A DNA stretch of 64,000 nucleotides from an uncultured Alphaproteobacteria bacterium. Lineage in GTDB: Bacteria > Pseudomonadota > Alphaproteobacteria > Rs-D84. This document shows positions 19,588 through 29,163 of the stretch, piece by piece. The number at the start of each line of letters is the position of its first letter. The first letter of the stretch is position 1. The stretch is taken from positions 2,767-66,766 of the forward strand of contig CARVLU010000005.1 of NCBI GenBank assembly GCA_949082785.1. The letters are read 5' to 3'. The notes below the pieces were generated by a model. That model was not told the origin of the DNA, ran no database searches, and saw nothing but the letters and a program-made list of their open reading frames with translations. A program made the position numbers and the translations under genes.

Positions 19588-21627
19588 TTAAAATATTCCG
19601 CCCATAACGGCGCCCGGACCGGCACTGGCCTTGGTCGGGGCGGGATTGGGGGATTGGCCGGCTTTGAACGCTTCCAATATAATAGTGCCGTTGGGGTCAT
19701 CTTTGGCGGCGGCGCCACTGCGGCGGTTCACGCGCATAAACGTCAGACCGTCCGGCACCGCAAAGGGCTGATTGGTGGTCCCCGCCAACGCGGCGGTCAT
19801 AAATTCGGCAAAAATCCGCGCAGCCATGTGGCTGCCGGCGCCCCGCCCCAGCGGCCGCGGCGTGTCATACCCCAGATAAACGCCCGCAATCAAATCCTTG
19901 GAAAAACCGACGAACCAAACATCTTTGACATCGTTGGTGGTGCCCGTTTTACCGGCAATGGTGTGACCGGCCACGCGCGCCTGTTTCCCGGTGCCGCGTT
20001 CGACGGCGCCCTGTAAAATCGAAACCATCTGATACAAGCTTTGCGCGTCGGACAACGGTTCGGATGTCGCCCCGGCTGCCGGCGGCAACAAATCGTCACG
20101 CCATTCAATTAATTCGGTCGCCGGACCATCGATAACGCGGCCATATCTGTCTTCGACATAATCGACCAGTTTGGGTTCGATGGCGCGCCCCCCATTGATG
20201 AACGCCGCGTACCCCAGCACCAGCTTTTCCAATGTGGTTTCGCCCGACCCCAACGCCATGGATAAATTCACATTGTTCAAATCCGCGGGGTAAACGCCGA
20301 AACGTTGGGCAACCTCTATCGCGTCGCGGGCACCGATTTGTTCGACCAGACGGACACTGGGGACATTGCGCGACGTTTCCAACGACAGCCGCAACGGCAC
20401 ATCGCCCAAAAATTTCTTGTCATAATTTTCCGGTTTCCACATTGTGTTGTTTTCGCGCCAACCGACGATGGGCGTATCCTGCAAGATGGCCTGGGGGCTG
20501 ATGCCGCGTTCCAACGCCGCCAGATACACAAACGGTTTGATGGTTGACCCGATTTGACGCATGGCCTGGGTTGCGCGGTTAAACGAACTTTCCGCGAACG
20601 ACCGGCCGCCCGCCATGGCCAAAATGCGCCCGGTGTGCGGGTTCATGGCGATGATGGCGCCCTGTAACTTTTCACTGCGCCCCGTGTTATACGCGTCCAG
20701 CGCGCGGTTCAGCGCCGCCGACGCCGCCCGCTGATATTCGGGGACGATGGTTGTTTTGATATACAGCCCCCCGTTATACAATGTTTCGCGTCCAATCCGC
20801 CCCAGCAATTGACGGCGCACATCTTCGGCAAAGTATTGGAAATCCGCTTCCATCTGGGCGGTAAAACCGCTGTTGATATTTAATTCTTCGGCGGCGGCGG
20901 CGTCCGCTTCGGCGCGGGTGATGTATCCTTCGTCCACCATGCGGCGCAATACATAATTTCGGCGTTCAACCGCGCGGTCGCGGTTATTCGGTGCCTTTGG
21001 CAGGGATGCCAGAAACGCGCATTCGGCCAGTGTCAATTCTGACACCGGTTTGTTAAAATACATCAGCGCGGCCGACCCCACACCATACGCACGCGCCCCC
21101 AAAAAGATTTGGTTCAGATACAGCGTCATCAAATGCTGCTTGGAAAACGCGCGTTCCAGTTTCAGCGCCAAAATCGCTTCCTTTATCTTGCGCGATAATG
21201 TGCGTTCGGACGTTAAAAAGAAATTTTTCGCCACCTGTTGCGTGATGGTGGACGCACCGGAAAAACCGACATTAAACCCGACCAGACGGGCCGCATTTCC
21301 CATCGCGGCGCGGGTAATCCCCTGGACATCGATACCGGGGTGGGTCCAGAAATTCTGATCTTCGGCGGCGACAAAGGCATTGACCAATTGCGGCGGCATA
21401 TCGACAAAATCGATAAAAACACGGCGTTCTTCGGCGTATTCAATCAACAGCGACCCGTCCGACGCATACAAACGCGTGGCCACCGGCGGTGCGTACGTCG
21501 CCAGTTTTTTGTAATCCGGCAAATCATTGCCATAGATTAAAACCAACGCCGCCAGCGCAGCAATCCCGGCGGTAAAGCACCAGAAAACAATGTTCAATAA
21601 AATGCGTAAAAACTTTTTAAATTTCAT
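19588..21627 (-). CDS. mrcA: Bifunctional class A penicillin-binding protein (PBP1A type)
   Basis: 679 aa. Glycosyltransferase motifs EDQNFWTHPGID and TITQQVAKN. Transpeptidase motifs STIKP, SRN and KTGTTND. Confidence 0.93.
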   Translation of the reverse strand: MKFKKFLRILLNIVFWCFTAGIAALAALVLIYGNDLPDYKKLATYAPPVATRLYASDGSLLIEYAEERRVFIDFVDMPPQLVNAFVAAEDQNFWTHPGIDVQGITRAAMGNAARLVGFNVGFSGASTITQQVAKNFFLTSERTLSRKIKEAILALKLERAFSKQHLMTLYLNQIFLGARAYGVGSAALMYFNKPVSELTLAECAFLASLPKAPNNRDRAVERRNYVLRRMVDEGYITRAEADAAAAEELNINSGFTAQMEADFQYFAEDVRRQLLGRIGRETLYNGGLYIKTTIVPEYQRAASAALNRALDAYNTGRSEKLQGAIIAMNPHTGRILAMAGGRSFAESSFNRATQAMRQIGSTIKPFVYLAALERGISPQAILQDTPIVGWRENNTMWKPENYDKKFLGDVPLRLSLETSRNVPSVRLVEQIGARDAIEVAQRFGVYPADLNNVNLSMALGSGETTLEKLVLGYAAFINGGRAIEPKLVDYVEDRYGRVIDGPATELIEWRDDLLPPAAGATSEPLSDAQSLYQMVSILQGAVERGTGKQARVAGHTIAGKTGTTNDVKDVWFVGFSKDLIAGVYLGYDTPRPLGRGAGSHMAARIFAEFMTAALAGTTNQPFAVPDGLTFMRVNRRSGAAAKDDPNGTIILEAFKAGQSPNPAPTKASAGPGAVMGGIF

Positions 21628-21675
21628 GTTCCATAGTATGGGATAAATATTTCATGAACGCAAGCGGGCGCTGAC

Positions 21676-22962
21676 TTATTTTTTGCGGATGATTTTCCAC
21701 CATTTCTGGGCGGTGGCGGACGACTTGGCCCACAGACCCGCGATATCTTTGCCGACCTGTCCGCCGAAACTGTCGTTGATGCTGCCGCCTATATCTTTGG
21801 CGAATTGTCCCGCCTTGGTCGCCAGATAGGCAACCAACACCCCAACCAACAGTGTCACAAAAAATCCGTCGTTTTCCAGACCCGGCACCGCCGCCGCCAA
21901 ATTGGAATCAATCACCCCCGACAGCAATGCCGCGCACAGCGCCACCACCGCCGCCAACGACACAAAGAAAATGGCCGCGTTGATAAATCGCTGAATCTGT
22001 TTATCCAGACTTTCCGCATTAAACAGGGATAAAAAACCGTTAAAGATGTCGCCAGCAATCCCCTTATACGTGGTTTTGCCAATCGTTTCCGCAATCGCGG
22101 TAAAGGGCAACAACAACACCGCCAGGAACAAATCCGCAATCACCCCCAGCGCCATCAGCGCGAATTTCCAAATGTTATAGATAAACAACACGACAAACGT
22201 AATGCCGACCGCAAACGTGAATGCGCTGTGCCCAATCCCGGCCAGCATCCATTTCCACCCGGCCGCCACCGCGGTATAGAAAAATCCCGACAGCCGCGTC
22301 GGCACACACAGCAAATCGGCCGCACTGCCCGCATCCATCAGCATGTTTGTCGGCGCGTTGGTCGCGACATAATTATGTATCGCGGCGCATGTATCGGGCA
22401 ACGCGGCGCCCGCCGCCCCCGACACCGCATTTAAAATCAAATCCGACAGATGTGTCCCGACACTGACAACCGGTCCCATAATCCACATAAACAACTGGGC
22501 GGGGCCCTGTTCCAGAATTAAAATCCAGATGGAAATCAACACACCCTTTTTCAATATATCCGACCACAGCTTTTGAACATTTTGGCCGTCGCGCATCATC
22601 TGGTACGCTTCGAACATGACCCAGAACGCGTACGCCACAATCAAAAATATCACCACAAACCGCACCAGTGAATTTTCCAAAACATCCCCAATCAGCGACA
22701 TCGCCCCCATAAAGGCCAGGCCGACCTTGGCTTCGACCGGAACATAGTTTTTGACCAAAACGTTTTGCTGGAAACTATCCTGGAACTGGGTCATGTCGCG
22801 CGTAATGTCGGTCGTGAACAATTCCAAATTATGCGCCGTGGTCCATGCGCCAAAATCCCCCACATCCCCGGCGGGCAAATTGGCGGCTGCGCCATGCGCC
22901 GCGCCACCCATCATGATGCACAGGCACAGCACCGATAAAAATTTCCGTATCCATGCGCGCAT
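21676..22962 (-). CDS. Polytopic membrane protein M1 (paralog family M1-M5; possibly TrbL/VirB6-like)
   Basis: 428 aa. Signal peptide, at least 6 hydrophobic spans, loop Cys pair (PDTCAAIH...LLCVPT), LLLPFTAIAE helix, C-terminus ...WWKIIRKK. The start overlaps the M2 stop (TAATG). Confidence 0.8.
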   Translation of the reverse strand: MRAWIRKFLSVLCLCIMMGGAAHGAAANLPAGDVGDFGAWTTAHNLELFTTDITRDMTQFQDSFQQNVLVKNYVPVEAKVGLAFMGAMSLIGDVLENSLVRFVVIFLIVAYAFWVMFEAYQMMRDGQNVQKLWSDILKKGVLISIWILILEQGPAQLFMWIMGPVVSVGTHLSDLILNAVSGAAGAALPDTCAAIHNYVATNAPTNMLMDAGSAADLLCVPTRLSGFFYTAVAAGWKWMLAGIGHSAFTFAVGITFVVLFIYNIWKFALMALGVIADLFLAVLLLPFTAIAETIGKTTYKGIAGDIFNGFLSLFNAESLDKQIQRFINAAIFFVSLAAVVALCAALLSGVIDSNLAAAVPGLENDGFFVTLLVGVLVAYLATKAGQFAKDIGGSINDSFGGQVGKDIAGLWAKSSATAQKWWKIIRKK

Positions 22963-24395
22963 TATTTTTTACCCCCCGCGGCGTTGGCGATTTTTTCAAA
23001 CAACATTTTCGGCGCATCCCACATACGCTGCCCCAGTTGCTTCATCCAACCGCCGAAATCAAATTTTTCCGCCCCGTCTTTGCCCAGCAATCCGTCGATT
23101 TTGGGATTAATGACATAGTAATACAGGAAAAACAGCCCGAACATCACCATCAAAAATTCCCATCCGTTGCCCATGAAATCAAATGCGCCCGGATACCGGC
23201 GTTCGACGGCTGCTCGGCTCGCGGTGAAACAATTCCGGAATTTATCCGCATCCATCTGGCCGTCGGTCAATCCCACCTGTTCGCACGTTTTGAAAACGTT
23301 AATCACCGACAGCGTCTGCGCATCCGGGTTTTCGGCGCGCGCCCCCATCAGCGGCGGCATAACCGCACTGTACCCGTCAACCGGCCCGGGGAACGTTGCA
23401 TCCGCCGCATAAGATATCGTGGCGTATAAAATCAAAACCTTTAACGTGATGGCGACAATACGCACCGCCGATTTGACCAGCATGTTTATCGCGCCGCGCA
23501 CAACACCGTCGGCGACGGCCCACACGCCTTCGAATGCGGCGGCCGCCAGAAACAGCGGCAAGAATATAATGATAAACACCAGTTTGAATACAACCGACAA
23601 CACCTGGAAAAACAAATCAAACCCGATAATCAGGAACAATATCACCAACGCCAATCCCGCCATCCATGTGAACGCGCCGCCCCCCATCCCCAGCCATGCG
23701 TAATTCATCATGGAAAATCCGCCGGACGCGCCCGCCAGCATCACCGAATTCAAATTCCCCATCACGCACATAAAAGGTTTCAGCACCGGGTTCAACACAT
23801 CGTCGGTTGTAATCGGCGCGCCGCAATGGGCACTGTCGTTGACGCCGGACGCGGCCATCGCCAATTCTGCCCCCACCAGCATCACCGGCGTCACCGTGAT
23901 ATTGGTCACCGTGCGCAATGCGGTCGTCCCGCCCATCCCCAGCGCCCCCAGCATCACGCCCACAATCATAATACGGGCGCCGGTGCGCCAAACCCGGTCA
24001 AACCAGGGTTGAAATTCCAGCTTTTTTTCCTTGTCATCCAACGTGGTTGTTTTGGACGCCGCGTCATACAGATATTTGGCCGTATGGATAAACAGAAAAA
24101 TCCCAAACCCAATCGCCATCACAATCCACAGATGGTCCACCATCACCGTCCAGAACTTTTCCGCGGACAAACCGATGGCGGCAAACAATTGCTGAATATA
24201 TCCGCACAGAAAGCATCCGTTGGCGTCACCAATATCGCCGCCGCCCGCCCCGATGGCGTTTAAAAATCCGGACACGCTGGTGTACGTCAAACTGGCCCCA
24301 CTGATGGATGACGACAGATACCATATCCCCACCCCCAGCGCAATGGCGCCCATAATCACACGCACGGCAATCATAATCAGTTTTGCTTTCAGCAT
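22962..24395 (-). CDS. Polytopic membrane protein M2 (paralog family M1-M5)
   Basis: 477 aa. Contains NGCFLCGYIQQLF, loop Cys pair (SAHCGAP...PFMCVMG) and IIFLPLFLAAAAFEG. C-terminus ...AAGGKK. The start abuts the M3 stop (TAAATG). Confidence 0.8.
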   Translation of the reverse strand: MLKAKLIMIAVRVIMGAIALGVGIWYLSSSISGASLTYTSVSGFLNAIGAGGGDIGDANGCFLCGYIQQLFAAIGLSAEKFWTVMVDHLWIVMAIGFGIFLFIHTAKYLYDAASKTTTLDDKEKKLEFQPWFDRVWRTGARIMIVGVMLGALGMGGTTALRTVTNITVTPVMLVGAELAMAASGVNDSAHCGAPITTDDVLNPVLKPFMCVMGNLNSVMLAGASGGFSMMNYAWLGMGGGAFTWMAGLALVILFLIIGFDLFFQVLSVVFKLVFIIIFLPLFLAAAAFEGVWAVADGVVRGAINMLVKSAVRIVAITLKVLILYATISYAADATFPGPVDGYSAVMPPLMGARAENPDAQTLSVINVFKTCEQVGLTDGQMDADKFRNCFTASRAAVERRYPGAFDFMGNGWEFLMVMFGLFFLYYYVINPKIDGLLGKDGAEKFDFGGWMKQLGQRMWDAPKMLFEKIANAAGGKK

Positions 24396-25598
24396 TTATT
24401 TCTTGTCCGTTTTGCCCGCGGCCGCCCCGTCGCCACCGTTGATAATGGTCTGGCCCACCTTTTTGGCGGTATCGACCACAACCTTGGTCAATTTTTCGGC
24501 ATCGGTCGCCAATTGTTCGCTTAACTGGTTTTCGGTGCCGACATCGAACGTATCCAGCACCATCTTGGTCACCTGGCCGCCAAGTCCCGTGATAAAATTC
24601 ACAACATAGACCAACACCACACACCCCATCAGCGTCAGTGCCGCCAGATTTTCATCCGACAAATCGGCCGCAAACACATCCCCATTTGTAATCAGGTGCA
24701 TTAATTGGGCGCCGTCCCCACCACTGGCGGTAAAAAATTTGGCAATAATGACCATCACAACCGTGTACGTCAGCACCCCAGACGCCAGCGCAACAATTGA
24801 TTTAATCACCCGTTTAAACTGGCCGACACCAACCGTTTTCCCCAGATTTTTCATCCACGACGGCGCGTCCCCCCCACGGAACACAAACATCACCAGTGAC
24901 AACGGAAAGAAAAACGCAAAGAACGTCATCGCCACAATAATATCCGCGAAATAGAAACAGAACCGCACGAACAACCGGAAAAAGCCATAAACCAGATACA
25001 GCCCCATAAAAAATATGATGATGTGTTTCAGCAATGCCCCCACCCCCAGCATGGCGCGCCATGTGAACGCACTGTCCATGACGGCGATGCCCAGTTTGAT
25101 ATAGGCCTGGAACTGGGTAATGGTTGTTTTCATCAGCATGATGATGGCATCGCGCAACTGGGGGCGATAAAATCCGGTATCCGACATCGGCATCGGCTGG
25201 TATGTGACGCGTTCTTCGATTGTGGCGGCGTCCATTTGCACAACGCTTTGCGTATATGTCAGGGCGATTTGCGCCACCGGTTCGAACGTCAGTGTTGTCA
25301 CAAACCGCGGCAACATCACGCCCATCCCCAGAAACGTTAACGCAAACAGTGAACTGATTATCGCGGGTTGCACAGATTTCTTGTACCAGGGGTCGGGGAC
25401 ATTATCCTTGATATTCTTCCACACGGCGTTCAAGACATAGAATGCAAACAGCACACAGAACAAAATCATGCAAAAGAACGCGAATTGTCCATATACCGCG
25501 CCGGCCGCCATCGACACCACCTGGAACAGGCGGTCAAACACCGGGCAGCCCCAACACTGCACCGCATTGTTTATCAAAGGATTCACAATCCCATTCAT
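24396..25598 (-). CDS. Polytopic membrane protein M3 (paralog family M1-M5)
   Basis: 400 aa. Contains VQCWGCPVFDRLF, LTFEPVAQIAL and FFFPLSLVMFVF. C-terminus ...GKTDKK. ATGA overlap with the M4 stop. Confidence 0.8.
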   Translation of the reverse strand: MNGIVNPLINNAVQCWGCPVFDRLFQVVSMAAGAVYGQFAFFCMILFCVLFAFYVLNAVWKNIKDNVPDPWYKKSVQPAIISSLFALTFLGMGVMLPRFVTTLTFEPVAQIALTYTQSVVQMDAATIEERVTYQPMPMSDTGFYRPQLRDAIIMLMKTTITQFQAYIKLGIAVMDSAFTWRAMLGVGALLKHIIIFFMGLYLVYGFFRLFVRFCFYFADIIVAMTFFAFFFPLSLVMFVFRGGDAPSWMKNLGKTVGVGQFKRVIKSIVALASGVLTYTVVMVIIAKFFTASGGDGAQLMHLITNGDVFAADLSDENLAALTLMGCVVLVYVVNFITGLGGQVTKMVLDTFDVGTENQLSEQLATDAEKLTKVVVDTAKKVGQTIINGGDGAAAGKTDKK

Positions 25599-26902
25599 TT
25601 CTTTTTAATCCACCCGGCGGCCCGGCCGATTTTTTTGCCCCAGTCGTTTGCGCCGCGCCACACGGACTTGGAATCACGGGTCACCTGGTTATACAGGCCA
25701 TCCATCCCGGACGCGTATTTCTTTAACTGGGCGCGTGTGCGTTCAAAAATTTGAATCATCAGATAAAAAGTCAGTATCGCCGACAGCCACAAAATCGAAT
25801 GCTGGCCAAATCCCATGGACGAATTGGCAATCTGGGGCACATTGGACATGGCGGCGCCACCGGCCGCGACATTGAACACCGACGTATTCCATTGGAACAG
25901 TGCGCGAATAATCGCGATATTGATGCACAGAATAAACGCGCACGCAATCATGGTGATGACCAATTGTTGCAATGCCTTTATAATACCGGAAAACACGGGC
26001 CAGATGTCGAACCATTTGCTGGCATCTTTGGGTTTTACCACCCAGACCAAGACCTGGAACGGGTACAAAATCAACGCCATACCGAAATTAAAGATGCCCT
26101 GGATAATCAGCAACGCCATAAATAAATTGCACCCGACAAAGGTCGATATCAGCAAGATGCCCGTGATTAAATTCAGAAAATCTTCGCCCCCATGCGGTAT
26201 CAGCGATAATAACCCGCGCAGCCCCCGGTTCACGAAATCAAATCCGCGCTTAATCACCTGATTATTTGCATGGGACAAATCCGACACCGGCTGGACCAGG
26301 AATGCGCAGCTTTCCGCGCTGATCCACCCCTGGACAACAACGTCGGGCGGGCATTCGATGCGCGGCGCCGCACTGCCCGGGACCGACACGGCATCACTGA
26401 TTTGTTCGGTATATATCGCCCCCAGTTGCAGGAACGGGTTCACCACCCATTCGGTGACATAGACCGGCTTAATCTGCAACAAAACCGTTGCGGCGATAAT
26501 GGCACGCAATGCGGGTTTGAACATATTTTCGGCAATGGTGGTGCCACTGGCCTTGCCATCCCACATTTCGCCGCCGCCCGAAAACCCGAAAAATGCCAAC
26601 CAATCCTTTGGGAAAAACATCTTGACCAGATACAGCCCCATGGTCAATCCCAAAAATCCCCAGATTAAAACATAGATAATCCCGCCGCCGCGCCCGACAA
26701 AGAAATCATACGCCCCCGTCGCCACCGCCATCAGCGCATCCAGCACCAGCGGCACAAACGGCGCCAGGTTCAGCGCGTCCACAATCCCACCCATCGCATG
26801 GGCCGGACCACACCACAGCGCCACCCCCGCCGCGACACAGGTCGCGCGGCCAATATAACGACAAAGCCGCGATACAAACAGACTCATTCCCCCAAATTTC
26901 AC
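25595..26902 (-). CDS. Polytopic membrane protein M4 (paralog family M1-M5)
   Basis: 435 aa. GTG start at 26902 or ATG at 26887. Signal-like N-terminus ...WCGPAHA. Contains VVNPFLQLGAI and loop Cys pair (RIECPP...AESCAF). C-terminus ...AAGWIKKK. Confidence 0.8.
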   Translation of the reverse strand: MKFGGMSLFVSRLCRYIGRATCVAAGVALWCGPAHAMGGIVDALNLAPFVPLVLDALMAVATGAYDFFVGRGGGIIYVLIWGFLGLTMGLYLVKMFFPKDWLAFFGFSGGGEMWDGKASGTTIAENMFKPALRAIIAATVLLQIKPVYVTEWVVNPFLQLGAIYTEQISDAVSVPGSAAPRIECPPDVVVQGWISAESCAFLVQPVSDLSHANNQVIKRGFDFVNRGLRGLLSLIPHGGEDFLNLITGILLISTFVGCNLFMALLIIQGIFNFGMALILYPFQVLVWVVKPKDASKWFDIWPVFSGIIKALQQLVITMIACAFILCINIAIIRALFQWNTSVFNVAAGGAAMSNVPQIANSSMGFGQHSILWLSAILTFYLMIQIFERTRAQLKKYASGMDGLYNQVTRDSKSVWRGANDWGKKIGRAAGWIKKK

Positions 26903-26952
26903 TTAATTGATTTCAATTATATCACATTTGGGACAAAATATGATATAGTTAA

Positions 26953-28248
26953 ATGGCAATGTGGCGCTTTAAAAAATTTTGGATTGTATTTTTATCCTTT
27001 CTGCCGTTTGGTGCGGGGGCGGTGGCGCCGTTTGTCGTGGGTGGTATTGCGGGTCTGGGGGTGATTGCGGGATTTTCCATTTATCGCACCGCCGCACCAG
27101 TCAACATGGCCGACGCGATGAATTTCTTTTCCACATGTTGGACGTGCCAGATGTTTTCCGACATTATGGCGACAATGTCGAATTTACTGCCGCGGGCGTA
27201 TCACGCCATCGGCACCGTGATAATTCCGTTTGCGGCGGTGTTGACCGCGATTTGGTTTGCCTGGCAATTGGTGTCGGGATATATGAATGCGCGCGTCGAT
27301 GACCCCTGGACCATCAGCAGTAATTTCGGCAAACACCTGATAAAGCTGACGTTTGTCATATCTTTGCTGGCGTTCCCGTTGCCGCGCCTGATAACAACGG
27401 TCGCCATTGAACCCATTTTTAATATCGGATTATCGCTGAACCGGATTGTGGCGGGCGACGACAAATTTGCCGAATGCGTTGTTGCAACCGCCATCGCCGA
27501 CCCGGTATCAATCGACAGTGAATCTGCCGCACGCGGCGCGTTTTCACCACGTCTGCGTCATAATTTGGCGTGCGAATTGGCCAACGTTCATCAAATGACG
27601 GGTCTGGGGATGACGGTGGGCTGGACAATGCTGAACATGGCGTTCAACGAAAAATACATGCACAAGATTATGTGGGACGTGCCGATTTTCCCAAATATAC
27701 CGGTGTTCTTTGCGGGGTTGCTGATTTTGGTGCTGTTCTTTTTTGCATTGCTGCCGGTGCCGCTGTATTTCTTGGACGTCTTTATCACATTGTCGATGGA
27801 TTTAATCATGTTGCCGCTGTTTCTGCTGGGCTGGCTGTTCAAGGGATGGTCGATTATCCCCGGCGGCGGCGGCAAATCGATTCAGGCGATTATTAACGAC
27901 GTCGTCAAATCGACGGTCGGGATTGCGATGGTGGGCGTCTTTATCACGTTTACGGTGATGTTCCTGAATTCTGTTTTTGGCAATTGGGATGGTGCATCCG
28001 CATTGGCTGCGGCGATGGCGTCGGGCGATTCGACAATTTTGATGGACGGCCTGATGATGCGCAACGACAGTTTGATTACAATTGTGCTGATGGGGCTGTT
28101 TATTGCGATGTTTATGTCAATGATTCCGGCCCTGGTCCAGACTTTGTTTAACATTGAAATATCCCAGACAACGTATGAAAAAACGAAAAAGAACCTGGAT
28201 ATCATGTGGCAAAACATCAAAAAATGGTACGCCGCGATAAAAAAATAA
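26953..28248 (+). CDS. Polytopic membrane protein M5 (paralog family M1-M5), divergent from M4
   Basis: 431 aa. Contains STCWTCQMFSDIM, VAIEPIFNIGL, loop Cys pair (FAECVV...LACELA) and IMLPLFLLGWLFKGW. C-terminus ...WYAAIKK. Only 50 bp separates it from the M4 start. Confidence 0.8.
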   Translation: MAMWRFKKFWIVFLSFLPFGAGAVAPFVVGGIAGLGVIAGFSIYRTAAPVNMADAMNFFSTCWTCQMFSDIMATMSNLLPRAYHAIGTVIIPFAAVLTAIWFAWQLVSGYMNARVDDPWTISSNFGKHLIKLTFVISLLAFPLPRLITTVAIEPIFNIGLSLNRIVAGDDKFAECVVATAIADPVSIDSESAARGAFSPRLRHNLACELANVHQMTGLGMTVGWTMLNMAFNEKYMHKIMWDVPIFPNIPVFFAGLLILVLFFFALLPVPLYFLDVFITLSMDLIMLPLFLLGWLFKGWSIIPGGGGKSIQAIINDVVKSTVGIAMVGVFITFTVMFLNSVFGNWDGASALAAAMASGDSTILMDGLMMRNDSLITIVLMGLFIAMFMSMIPALVQTLFNIEISQTTYEKTKKNLDIMWQNIKKWYAAIKK

Positions 28249-28316
28249 AAAATCAAGCGCTTTATTTAACACCCCCCACTTTTTTGTGCATTTGGTTTCT
28301 GATATAATTCACATTG

Positions 28317-28826
28317 ATGAAAACGTTTCCGATTCTTTATTGGCCCCGCCGGACAAAGGATGACGCCGATTATCAATTGGCGCGCAAAACCATTAATAAT
28401 GCGACGGGATTAATGCCGGAAATTATCACGGATGATTTGGATTTGGGGTCGCTGTTTGCGGCCAACCCGGATGCAACGGTTTATTTTCCGGTTTTTTGTG
28501 AATCGACCGGATGGTGGGGCGAATTGCTGGGGGCGGGCGCGGTTGTGACGGACAAAATGATAATATCGTCCGAATGCCAATTAATGGTAATACGCCACGA
28601 AGATCGGGCGCGTTCCCGCGGTGGGACCCAGTTGTTGGCGGCGGAAATCTATCCGGCCAGCGGATTTTTCAAGAAAATGAATTCCGGGATTGCGACGGTT
28701 GCCGACATGTTGGCGACGGATGCCGGGACGATATTGGCACTGTTTTCGGGCCGGAACCAGTCACAGTTTATCAACGTACTGGAATCGACGGGGAATTCAT
28801 ATTTGGGCTGTATTGGCCGGTATTAA
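28317..28826 (+). CDS. Hypothetical protein (169 aa)
   Basis: ORF-track frame 28314-28826, first ATG at 28317. An extended -10 (TGaTATAAT at 28300-28308) sits only about 8 nt upstream, so the mRNA may be leaderless. No recognised motif. Confidence 0.55.
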   Translation: MKTFPILYWPRRTKDDADYQLARKTINNATGLMPEIITDDLDLGSLFAANPDATVYFPVFCESTGWWGELLGAGAVVTDKMIISSECQLMVIRHEDRARSRGGTQLLAAEIYPASGFFKKMNSGIATVADMLATDAGTILALFSGRNQSQFINVLESTGNSYLGCIGRY

Positions 28827-28861
28827 ACAAATTGGGACGCGCGGCGGCCCTTTAATAATGC

Positions 28862-28889
28862 TTGATTTCCTGAAAATTAAGGGTATAAT
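28862..28889 (+). promoter_or_regulatory. rpmE promoter TTGATT-16 nt-TATAAT
   Basis: cTTGATTtcctgaaaattaagggTATAATtcgcggg, about 30 nt upstream of the rpmE ATG. Confidence 0.55.
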
Positions 28890-28920
28890 TCGCGGGCTAA
28901 AAAAATAAAAAGGGTAAGTT

Positions 28921-29133
28921 ATGAAACAAGGAATTCATCCCGAATATCATGAAATTAACGTCACCATGACGGATGGCAAGACTGTAAAAATGTATTCTTC
29001 GGTCAAAAAAGACCTGGTTTTGTCCACGGACAACCTGAATCATTCTGCCTGGACCGGTCAACGCAGCAATACCGGGGACAAGGGTCAGCGCGCAGCGGAA
29101 TTCAAATCCAAATTTGCCGGCTTTAATTTCTAA
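28921..29133 (+). CDS. rpmE: 50S ribosomal protein L31 (Cys-less type)
   Basis: 70 aa. MKQGIHPEYHEINVTMTDGKTV...HSAWTG matches alphaproteobacterial L31. Confidence 0.92.
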   Translation: MKQGIHPEYHEINVTMTDGKTVKMYSSVKKDLVLSTDNLNHSAWTGQRSNTGDKGQRAAEFKSKFAGFNF

Positions 29134-29163
29134 ATATCATCGGTCGGACGGGGGGATACGCAC

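Noticed and set aside
21676-28248. Calling the M1-M5 cluster a type IV secretion system.
   Set aside because: Only VirB6/TrbL-like candidates are present. There is no VirB4/VirB11/VirD4 ATPase, VirB2 pilin, or VirB8-10 core anywhere in the window, and the TrbL similarity is from memory of motif patterns rather than a search. It is reported as a hypothesis only.
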